64,000 nucleotides of DNA from Candidatus Micrarchaeota archaeon (GTDB taxonomy: Archaea; Micrarchaeota; Micrarchaeia; Norongarragalinales; SBBD01), in NCBI GenBank assembly GCA_018819225.1, contig JAHJQN010000005.1, positions 32,001 to 96,000 of the forward strand. The letters are read 5' to 3'. The notes below the pieces were generated by a model, which was not told where the DNA came from, did no database searches, and saw nothing but the letters and a program-made list of their open reading frames with translations. Below, piece after piece: positions 50,598 to 58,482 of this stretch (positions within the stretch are counted from its first letter, which is position 1; every line of letters starts with the position of its first letter). The position numbers were made by a program, and so were the translations under genes.

Positions 50598-50630
50598 TTT
50601 AAATATATCAATATTATTACGATTTTCGTA
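50598..50630 (+). promoter_or_regulatory. TATA box (50598-50605) plus palindromic operator TACGATTTTCGTA (50618-50630) of SP3
   Basis: AAAAGC BRE-like, TTTAAATA, 12 nt, perfect palindrome. Confidence 0.75.
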
Positions 50631-50687
50631 TATTTTTCTTGAATATACTAAATTAAATTCAATAAATATAGGGGTGCTTGTAAATAA

Positions 50688-51290
50688 ATGAAAAACAATC
50701 GAGTATTTTTCGTCGCCATATTACTAATAACCGGATCATTTATGGTTTATGCGGTTCAACAGTCCGATAATACGAATGTAGCCGCACCAACTGATAACGG
50801 AACGTCCAGCAACTTGACCGTTACAGGACGCATGGAGCAGTACGTTGGATTCTACGGCAATTTGACGATGCAAGTCCGGAACAATACCGCCGTAGGCAAC
50901 GTGTTGTACACGAAACCCGTTTCTCAAGGCGTACTGTACTTCTTTGAGACCGGCGTCACTCCATCGGAACCGTTCGTGAACGCCTCGACGAACAGCACCA
51001 CGGACGGCAACTTCTCTCTCACGGGATATTACGTGACCGCGAATCACTTCGATTCTTCCGCATCCGACGGACAGTGCGGGAGTGCGTTGAACATGCGCGT
51101 GTTAAACACAACGGACTCGCGCAGTACGGCTATTATCTATGATTCAACGGGCGCGGGAACGGAGAAGTACGGATTCTGCACGAACCTCAGCAACTTCGCC
51201 ACTACCAGCTTCGGTCGGATCAACTACCAAGTCGTTGTGGCAAAAACAGCAGGCTACAATGCATATGACATATGGTTCGATTTGACATAG
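50688..51290 (+). CDS. Secreted ~200-aa hypothetical protein, paralog SP3
   Basis: Core near-identical to SP1 at the DNA level. Confidence 0.88.
   Translation: MKNNRVFFVAILLITGSFMVYAVQQSDNTNVAAPTDNGTSSNLTVTGRMEQYVGFYGNLTMQVRNNTAVGNVLYTKPVSQGVLYFFETGVTPSEPFVNASTNSTTDGNFSLTGYYVTANHFDSSASDGQCGSALNMRVLNTTDSRSTAIIYDSTGAGTEKYGFCTNLSNFATTSFGRINYQVVVAKTAGYNAYDIWFDLT
50778..51124 (+). repeat. Inverted repeat of 10483-10829 (SP1/SP3 core)
   Basis: About 350 bp with few mismatches; 50988-51124 is identical to the reverse complement of 10483-10619 (137 bp, manual comparison). Confidence 0.9.
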
Positions 51291-51489
51291 AACTAGGAAG
51301 AAAATAGCGCATATTTCTTTTGTTTTTTATATTTTTTATTTTATTTTTCTTATTTAAATACTAACTATTCGTATCAATAAATACATTACTGGTAAAATAT
51401 ATCTTATAATATATTAATAATATTACGAAATTCGCATAAATAAGTACGAATATAGTAAATAGTATGTAATGAATTCTGCATAAATCGCG

Positions 51490-52419
51490 TTAGTGAACCA
51501 ATTCCTTCTTCAGAAGCGACTCCAGCTCGGCAATCAACTCGCGATTCCCCACATATACCGGGGTCCGCGCGTCCACGTCATCCGCGGAAACATCCAATAA
51601 CGAAATGCGGCCGTTGCTGCTTCGACCTCCGGCCTGCTCAACAATCATGCCCATGGGATGGCCTTCAAAGAACAAGCGGAACTTGCCTTGAGGCGCTTTC
51701 TTGGTGCCCGGGTACGCAAAAAATCCCCCGTAGTGCAGGACTTGGGAGAAATCGGCCACGAATGCTCCGCTATACCGGTTCTTAAGTTTTTTCACGCTCA
51801 CCAAGTCCTCCACAAATTTTTTGAACGAGTCATACCATTGCAAGGGATCGCCTCCGACTCCGTATACCGATCCGGGTTCGGGAAGCTGCATATCCTCATT
51901 CAAGAGAAAGAATGCGTTTTTGCCTTCCCCTTTACGGTGTTTGACAAACTCGTGGACGCCTCGTCCCGCCGTATAAACAAGCGTGGTTAACGGACCGTAT
52001 AGCTTGTACAAGGAAGCCACCTGTTCGCGGCCCTTGCAGGGAAGCGGCTGGCGGTAAATGCCTACAATCGTACCGAACGCGTTATTGGATACAATGTTGC
52101 TGCTACCGTCCAGCGGGTCCATGGAAACGTGAAACGGAGCATCCGCATTGCATTGAAGGGGTTTCGAGAGCTCTTCACTGTGAATCGTGTTCACCAACCC
52201 CGTTTCCCCCAAACGTTTGACGATGAAATCGTTCGCCCATACATCCAATTCAGCCGTAATTTCACCGTACTTGTTCTTGTTTTCTTTTCCGAGTTTCAAT
52301 CGATGGGGGAACTCCTGACGCACATCCGGAGACAGCGCAGCGATTGTTTTCAGTAACTCGGCCAGCTCGGAATCCTCGAGCGAATCCGCGTGCGAACGAA
52401 ATGAAAGCGATGAAGACAT
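51490..52419 (-). CDS. fbp: Fructose-1,6-bisphosphatase class I
   Basis: SEE, DPLDGSSN, LYGP, RYSGAFVAD, GGFFAYP, GKFRLFFEG. Confidence 0.94.
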   Translation of the reverse strand: MSSSLSFRSHADSLEDSELAELLKTIAALSPDVRQEFPHRLKLGKENKNKYGEITAELDVWANDFIVKRLGETGLVNTIHSEELSKPLQCNADAPFHVSMDPLDGSSNIVSNNAFGTIVGIYRQPLPCKGREQVASLYKLYGPLTTLVYTAGRGVHEFVKHRKGEGKNAFFLLNEDMQLPEPGSVYGVGGDPLQWYDSFKKFVEDLVSVKKLKNRYSGAFVADFSQVLHYGGFFAYPGTKKAPQGKFRLFFEGHPMGMIVEQAGGRSSNGRISLLDVSADDVDARTPVYVGNRELIAELESLLKKELVH

Positions 52420-52423
52420 GGGA

Positions 52424-53335
52424 TCACTCGCCCTTTCCGGCCTTCCAAACCCGTACGAATTCCGCGTATTTGTCCGCGATCATTTGAACGGCTTGCTCGC
52501 TGGAATGTTTCTGTTCCTTGAATCCGTTTAATGCGTCCCAGAAAATCGTTCTTCCAACGGCAAATCCGATCACGCCCGCTATACCGGAACTCGCTTTCAA
52601 CCACTGCCTGACTTTCTCGTCATTCGCCCCCCGTCCCAGAGTCACGATCCCAGCATTCGTGAGGTTCGATCGCGCTTGACGCACGACCGCTTGCACATCC
52701 GACTCGTTAACCAGGCCCTCCAGTTTCCAAACGTCCGGTTGCACGCCGGCTTGCTGCAATTCGCTCATGCACTGGATCATTAGCTTGGGCCGGATGTGCT
52801 CATCGAACGTCTCCGTATTACCACCAGCTTCCCGCAACTGCTTTTCCGATGCAGGAACCAGTAATTCGAAAAGAAACAAGCGCCCCTGATCATGCAAATA
52901 ACGAGTCAACTGTTTCAAACGGGCTTGCTGCCTTTTTTTCAGCTCGGAATCGTCTTCGGGATTGTAGCGCACCAAAACTTTCGCAAACGAGGGATTAAAG
53001 TGTTCGATGTGTTTCGCGTAATCCGTTCCGTACTCAAAATCGAATTCGTTTTGACCGCTTTTCTCGATCGGCATGGCAAACGTATAGCCCTTGCGTTTCG
53101 CGTCTTCCAAAATAGGGGATCCGAACTGTTCGTCAATGAGAATGCCGGCGGATGCTTTGGGAACGCCTTGCTGTATGGCGCGCTCGAAACCCGCATAAAT
53201 GATTCGCTTGTAGGCCGAAATTTCGATCGTTTGCTCGGGAGTCGGCACGCCTTCAATTCCGAATAGTTTTTTCTGAAAACTGCCTCGGTGATCGAAGGCG
53301 AGAATCAGGAGCTCTTTGGAATAACCCACTAGCAT
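52424..53335 (-). CDS. Stand-alone DUF2090 (LacD/DeoC-like class I aldolase fold)
   Basis: ILAFDHRGSF, GILIDEQFG, KVLVRYNP, PDVWKLEG, LGRG, GFAVGRTIF. Confidence 0.88.
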   Translation of the reverse strand: MLVGYSKELLILAFDHRGSFQKKLFGIEGVPTPEQTIEISAYKRIIYAGFERAIQQGVPKASAGILIDEQFGSPILEDAKRKGYTFAMPIEKSGQNEFDFEYGTDYAKHIEHFNPSFAKVLVRYNPEDDSELKKRQQARLKQLTRYLHDQGRLFLFELLVPASEKQLREAGGNTETFDEHIRPKLMIQCMSELQQAGVQPDVWKLEGLVNESDVQAVVRQARSNLTNAGIVTLGRGANDEKVRQWLKASSGIAGVIGFAVGRTIFWDALNGFKEQKHSSEQAVQMIADKYAEFVRVWKAGKGE

Positions 53336-53442
53336 ACATCCATCCCCCCTTAAAACGAATACTGAACGATGCGCGGAAAACGGGCGCGATTATTAAAATA
53401 AAGGGTCTCCTATAAATGGGTTTTGTTGCAGGCGTTAACGAT

Positions 53443-54243
53443 ATGAAAAAATCGGTGCGGAAAGTATTGAGTATTGCCGGCTCGGATTCCGGAGGCGGGG
53501 CAGGCATTCAAGCGGACTTGAAAACGTTTTCGGCTCTCGGGGTCTATGGAACGACGGTGGTTACCGCGGTCACCGCTCAAAATACGCGGGAAGTCGCCGC
53601 CATTCACAATATTCCCGTTTCCATCATTGAAGCGCAACTGCATGCCGTACTCTCGGATATAGGAGCGGACGCCATCAAAATCGGCATGCTATCGAACGCG
53701 GAAACCATTGAAACCGTCGGGCGAGTGCTCAAACAATACGAAGTGAAAAGTGTTGTGCTCGATCCCGTAATGGTTTCCGCGACGGGAGCGCCGCTTCTTG
53801 AAGAAACAGCGGTGGACGCGTTGAAAAAGCATTTGATTCCCGCCGCAAGCGTGTTGACCCCAAACAAAGCGGAAGCGGAAATCCTCGTACAAAAACGCAT
53901 GACGACGAGGGATGAAGCAATTCAAGCGGCTAAAGAAATCCGGGGATTAGGATGCGAAAGCGTGTTGTTGAAAACGGCGTTTGAGGAAAACGCGCGCGTA
54001 TTTGACCTGTATTTTGATGGACAAACGTTTAGGGAAATAAGCCATCCCCGTTTGGGTATTGTAGGTCACGGAGCGGGTTGCACGCTTTCATCAGCTATCG
54101 CGGCATTTCTCGCGGCCGGAGAATCAAAGGAGTCCGCAGTAGAAAAATCAGTGGCGTTCGTTCAAAAAGCTCTTAAAAGCGCGTATCGCGTGGGATCAAC
54201 CCATTACGTACTCGGCCATTTTCAAGCCGAGCCGAAAGACTAA
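53443..54243 (+). CDS. thiD: HMP/HMP-P kinase
   Basis: IAGSDSGGGAGIQADLKT, TAQNT, KIGML, LDPVM, LTPN, HGAGCTLSSAIAA. Confidence 0.93.
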   Translation: MKKSVRKVLSIAGSDSGGGAGIQADLKTFSALGVYGTTVVTAVTAQNTREVAAIHNIPVSIIEAQLHAVLSDIGADAIKIGMLSNAETIETVGRVLKQYEVKSVVLDPVMVSATGAPLLEETAVDALKKHLIPAASVLTPNKAEAEILVQKRMTTRDEAIQAAKEIRGLGCESVLLKTAFEENARVFDLYFDGQTFREISHPRLGIVGHGAGCTLSSAIAAFLAAGESKESAVEKSVAFVQKALKSAYRVGSTHYVLGHFQAEPKD

Positions 54244-55655
54244 TCCAGCGAAACAATGAGCTTCTTGAGAATCTTGAAATCAAAAGGCTTGTTGAACGGA
54301 ATGAATATAAGAGATACTCCGATGGGAACCAAGAGCGCCGCTAAAAACGCGTGCAACAAGTTACCTCCCTGAAACGCCGCATCCGGGAAGAAAAACGAGC
54401 CGGCGATCATGCCAGTAACGGATGCCAGAAATGCGGCGTTCCCCGAGTATTTCGATAGAAATAACCCCGCTACGGTTGGGAAAAACGCCGCCGCGCAAAC
54501 CAAGTCCGCTACGAGGAACAAATAGAGCACGCTATGGCCTTGCGTGGCAACCATAATGGCCATAAAGGAGATGATGACGGTCAGCCATTTCGCAAATAAT
54601 AGTAAGCGTGGCTGCTGGCTTTGGGGACGCCAGCGCATCAAATCCACGGTGAACAAACTGACTAAACCGTTGAGCAACGTGTCCATGCTGCTCATGACTA
54701 ATGCCACGGCCAGCATCATGACTAACCACACCATCCATATGGGCAATTGCAGGAAATACGCGAATAATGCGACCGACGCATTTTCAGCCGTGCCGGCACT
54801 CAACGATAGAATGCCGAATGTTCCCGTGATGAGTACGATGGGAATAACGATGAGTCCCGCTATCGTAAAGGCACGAAAGACATTCGATTTCGTTCGGGGC
54901 AAGAAGACGCGTTGCCAATACCCTTGATGAAACCAGTTCGCGGCGACGATGGCGATCAAGAACGCGAACGCGGCCTCGATTCCCGGAAGAAAATTCCCGT
55001 TAAACATTTGCGGGGATACGGAAGCGGATTCGGACAGGGATTCGAATCCATTGAAGAGAAACAGGCTCGCCAGGAACAATAGGAGTAGTAACGGAATGAT
55101 GAGCAGGCTTTGAAGAGTATCCGTGAATACGGACGCGCGAATCCCGCCCAACGAGGTATACGCGAGCGTTCCCACTCCGACAATAACCGCGGTATACAGC
55201 AAGGGAATATTGAAAACCAATTGGGCGGCCAACGCAATGCCCGTTAATTCAGCGGTCAGGAAAACGGACATGTAGAAGACGCTGATGATCACGACGAGGA
55301 GGTACATGGCCGTACCGAATCGGTGGTAAACGTATTCCGTGATGGAATGACCGTTGGGCATGAGGTCGCGCAAGCGTTGTCCAACGAAAGCAAAAAGAAA
55401 CAAGGCCGCCGCACTTCCAAGAGCGTAGCCGATTAACGCAATGACGTTGTTGCGAATCGTGGCTTCCGCGGGACTGAACAGAATCCACGCCCCCATGCTG
55501 GACGCGACCAGCGTCGCCACCGTGGTCCATAACGCGGAACTTCCGCGGGCGGAAATGAAATCCTCTAAAGTAAATCGTTTGCCTCGCGCATACCAAATGC
55601 CCGCTAGCGAAAATATTAAGGCGGTTGCCAGAATCACGTACAATCCTTCCGACAC
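54240..55655 (-). CDS. Sodium:solute symporter family transporter
   Basis: About 13 TM segments, YTSLGGIRASVFTD, HQGYWQR, MSSMDT. Confidence 0.9.
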   Translation of the reverse strand: MSEGLYVILATALIFSLAGIWYARGKRFTLEDFISARGSSALWTTVATLVASSMGAWILFSPAEATIRNNVIALIGYALGSAAALFLFAFVGQRLRDLMPNGHSITEYVYHRFGTAMYLLVVIISVFYMSVFLTAELTGIALAAQLVFNIPLLYTAVIVGVGTLAYTSLGGIRASVFTDTLQSLLIIPLLLLLFLASLFLFNGFESLSESASVSPQMFNGNFLPGIEAAFAFLIAIVAANWFHQGYWQRVFLPRTKSNVFRAFTIAGLIVIPIVLITGTFGILSLSAGTAENASVALFAYFLQLPIWMVWLVMMLAVALVMSSMDTLLNGLVSLFTVDLMRWRPQSQQPRLLLFAKWLTVIISFMAIMVATQGHSVLYLFLVADLVCAAAFFPTVAGLFLSKYSGNAAFLASVTGMIAGSFFFPDAAFQGGNLLHAFLAALLVPIGVSLIFIPFNKPFDFKILKKLIVSLD

Positions 55656-55759
55656 GTTGGAGAAACCCCGCGAGTAACTAACGAATCAACGTTTAATAAT
55701 CGTTGGATTGACATCGCAACAATTTAAAATCGCTGGAAGCATAACTGGTTTTCCCGCGC

Positions 55760-55832
55760 GGGGCTGTGGGGTAACCTGGTATCCTGCTAGCTTCGGGAGC
55801 TAGTGATCTGAGTTCAAATCTCAGCAGCCCCA
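55760..55832 (+). tRNA. tRNA-Pro(CGG), intronless
   Basis: GGGGCTG/CAGCCCC acceptor, CTAGC-TTCGGGA-GCTAG, TTCAAAT. Confidence 0.95.
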
Positions 55833-55894
55833 CTCTCACGATTTTTGATCGACCTTTTTGAAAAGGTCGGTTGCCAAAACTCAGCAGCCCCACT
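55820..55894 (+). repeat. 15-bp direct repeat of the tRNA 3' end (55820-55834, 55880-55894) flanking a palindromic element (55842-55869)
   Basis: CTCAGCAGCCCCACT twice; TTTTTGATCGACCTTTTTGAAAAGGTCG in between. Confidence 0.85.
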
Positions 55895-55941
55895 ACTTCT
55901 TTGGTCGACCCTCACAATATAAAAAAGCAGTATGAATTACG

Positions 55942-56952
55942 ATGGATATGGTTCGGAAATCTATTTGGATTTTTCTCTTGTTTTCAATCGCAGTTTTTGG
56001 ATCCGTCAATGCCATCAACGAAACGTGTTCAAATTTGCATGGCACCCCCAACCCCGCAGAAAGCGCTCAATCCGTCGCCATCTCTTTCTTTTTTACAGGA
56101 AACGCTACGGGAACCATAACCTGCAACGGTGCTATAGACTCGAATCCACCGGTGAGCTGCTACGGTAATTCCTCTTCATGTACCGCGAACTGTGTTTGGG
56201 GGTCCGGAGGCACGTATCCAGTGGAAGCGGATTATGGATCGGCTGCGTGCAATCCATTTAATCAAACCATTAACGCGGAGGCAACGCCGACACCGACTCC
56301 CACTCCTTCCCCCACGCCTTGGCCCACTTGTTCGAACATGAATGGAACCGTTTGTGCATTAGAAGAAATTTGTCCTGCAGATCAATGGCTTAACGCATCG
56401 GATTCCGAGCGTTGTTGCGCGGTGGATTGTGAAGCGAATGCGACGCCAACCCCTTCCCCTACCGTGACGCCGACGCCTACGCCTCCAGGGAACGCAACCG
56501 AGTCCCCGACACCCTCGCTTACGCCCACTCCCACACTAACGCCGATTCCAACGAACACGCCGACACCGAGTCCGACGAATACGCCGGTGCCCACCGAACC
56601 CCATGTCGTTCCTTCGACGGCCACACCGTCAAGCCCAGTGCCTCCAGCTTTAGAGGAAGAAATTGAGGAATTGAGGGATCAAGTGGATGCGTTACCGGAA
56701 GGCAACGATAAGCAAGAGCTGTTCATCCTGCTTAATGAAGCGGAAGAAAACATGCAAGCCCAACAAACCAGCAAGGCGCGCGCCCTGATTCTTCAAGCGC
56801 GACTAAAAATTGCGGAAGCCGGTACGTACAAAACGGATCGCTCGACACCCATTTCATATGCGGAAATTGCGTTTGTCGGCGTGCTCGTGGCAGGAGTCGT
56901 GTGGGCGGTATCCGGGCTCATTATCCGCCGAGGAAAAATCAAACAAGCCTAG
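55942..56952 (+). CDS. Exported Cys-rich, PT-repeat protein with C-terminal TM anchor
   Basis: Signal peptide, Cys-rich N-domain, 6-Cys module shared with the 1519-aa protein, coiled segment, TM followed by RRGK. Confidence 0.87.
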   Translation: MDMVRKSIWIFLLFSIAVFGSVNAINETCSNLHGTPNPAESAQSVAISFFFTGNATGTITCNGAIDSNPPVSCYGNSSSCTANCVWGSGGTYPVEADYGSAACNPFNQTINAEATPTPTPTPSPTPWPTCSNMNGTVCALEEICPADQWLNASDSERCCAVDCEANATPTPSPTVTPTPTPPGNATESPTPSLTPTPTLTPIPTNTPTPSPTNTPVPTEPHVVPSTATPSSPVPPALEEEIEELRDQVDALPEGNDKQELFILLNEAEENMQAQQTSKARALILQARLKIAEAGTYKTDRSTPISYAEIAFVGVLVAGVVWAVSGLIIRRGKIKQA

Positions 56953-56997
56953 GAGAGCAAGGCGCTGACCCGCAAAAGCTATTTATAGAATCGATTC

Positions 56998-57372
56998 GTG
57001 AGACAGGATATGGTCAAACATTTTGAACTCCGCGTGCTCGTCATACTATTTCTAATGATCGGGATCGCGAATCTGGTGGTCTGGCGTTCGCAGGTCTTAG
57101 CGCACGAGCTCACGCACAAAGCCATTTTTTCTGCATACGGCGTCGAGTCCGAAATCGTCATGCACGACTTCGGTTTAAGTGCGGAAACCATTCCGAACAA
57201 CAATTTCACGAGCGCGGAAGACGCGAAAGTAGCGAACTTGTTGAATACGCAGACGGAGCTCATCAGCTATCATTTCTTCCCCGCGTACATTTCGAACATC
57301 ATTCTTCAACTCATCTTAATTTTTGCGATTTACCGAGTAGGCCACCGCATGCAGCCTGAACCGGGGCTATAG
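56998..57372 (+). CDS. Small membrane protein with HExxH motif
   Basis: TM, AHELTHK, C-terminal TM. Confidence 0.7.
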   Translation: MRQDMVKHFELRVLVILFLMIGIANLVVWRSQVLAHELTHKAIFSAYGVESEIVMHDFGLSAETIPNNNFTSAEDAKVANLLNTQTELISYHFFPAYISNIILQLILIFAIYRVGHRMQPEPGL

Positions 57373-57440
57373 CACTTGACGCGCCGTTCTTGCGACGACT
57401 CAAAGCGTTAAAAACAGTTGTTTTCATAAGATGTGAACGT

Positions 57441-57570
57441 GCGGCCGTGGTCTAGCTGCTTTTCTTCCTTTGAAGGAGAGCAAGACAATGGTTAGGATTT
57501 GGGCCTTCCAAGCCTACGGCCCGGGTTCGAATGCGCAAGCGATGACGAGCCGAAATTCCCGGCGGCCGCA
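57441..57570 (+). tRNA. tRNA-Gly(TCC) with two non-canonical introns: 33 nt in the D-loop at 15/16 (57456-57488) and 25 nt in the T-loop at 59/60 (57532-57556)
   Basis: GCGGCCG/CGGCCGC acceptor, TGGGC-CTTCCAA-GCCTA; BHB helices GTCT:AGAC and TTCG:CGAA with 3-nt bulges; mature length 72 nt. Confidence 0.92.
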
Positions 57571-57598
57571 CTTCCTATTCGCGATGTTTATGGAGGAG

Positions 57599-58078
57599 AT
57601 GCAAAGGAATCAAAACAAGTTTGTAGCTCGTTTATTGGCAATGGGTATTCACTCAGAGGGTTTTCGGCATGCCATTCCAAATAGCGTCGGGTTAGAGCAC
57701 AAGCGTTTTCGACCCGCTACGGTTAAGCGAATCGTGCGCAATCTTGCCGCGCATCATTTCGGGAAAGACGCGCCGCGTTTCCAATGGACTCGGGTAACAA
57801 GAGAACCCATAGTCCCCCGTTTTCATCCACTGAACTGGTCCCGTCGAATTAGGAGTTCGCTTTATTCGCGAAAAGTCAAAGACATTCGCTTTGGAAGAAA
57901 TCAACGGGTCATGTCCGTAGCGTTATCTCATAAGTATTTGGATCCCCTCACTATTCGCCTGATGGTGCGCGACGTGTTGGAGAACCACTTGCATGGGGGC
58001 GGGATTTCTTACGAATTCGCCATTCAACCCAAACCAAAACGGTTGTTGGTCCGGTTTTATGAAAAGGCGCGAGGTTGA
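57599..58078 (+). CDS. Arg-rich hypothetical protein (159 aa)
   Basis: ATG after GGAGGAG; the track's earlier start lies inside tRNA-Gly. Confidence 0.6.
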   Translation: MQRNQNKFVARLLAMGIHSEGFRHAIPNSVGLEHKRFRPATVKRIVRNLAAHHFGKDAPRFQWTRVTREPIVPRFHPLNWSRRIRSSLYSRKVKDIRFGRNQRVMSVALSHKYLDPLTIRLMVRDVLENHLHGGGISYEFAIQPKPKRLLVRFYEKARG

Positions 58079-58083
58079 TGGCG

Positions 58084-58482
58084 TCAACGCGTAACGTAAA
58101 ACCGCACGCGAACCCATTCGACGCCGTTCCAGATCGTGCGCGTGGTAGAAAATTGTTCCGACTCTTTCGATGAATCACACGCACTTCGAACACGGTGCTC
58201 GTTCGCGTCAATTTCCATGCAATAGGTGCCCGTGGATTCCGCAAACGAATTTAATGGGTTCCGTAAAGACGCGTATCCATCTGAAACTCCGAGCGATAAA
58301 AGCGCCAGATCCGATTCGTGATTTCGAAACGAGAGTTCCGCCACGTCCTGCACGAGTTCGTAGGAATAGATATCAACGTATCGAGGAGAATAACCGGTTC
58401 CCGAAAACAGAATGAGAAGCGACGTGGCCGCCAGTAACGTAGCCAATGCCTCGATGGTAAAAAACAGGCCTTTAGTCTTCAT
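58084..58482 (-). CDS. Type IV pilin-like protein with class III signal peptide
   Basis: MKTKG|LFFTIEALATLL: basic-Gly followed by a hydrophobic helix with an early acidic residue. Confidence 0.6.
   Translation of the reverse strand: MKTKGLFFTIEALATLLAATSLLILFSGTGYSPRYVDIYSYELVQDVAELSFRNHESDLALLSLGVSDGYASLRNPLNSFAESTGTYCMEIDANEHRVRSACDSSKESEQFSTTRTIWNGVEWVRVRFYVTR

Noticed and set aside
53336-55759. TPP riboswitch upstream of thiD or the SSS transporter
   Set aside because: No CTGAGA core or matching stems in either leader
57470-57598. N-terminal part of the 202-aa track ORF
   Set aside because: Lies inside the intron-containing tRNA-Gly
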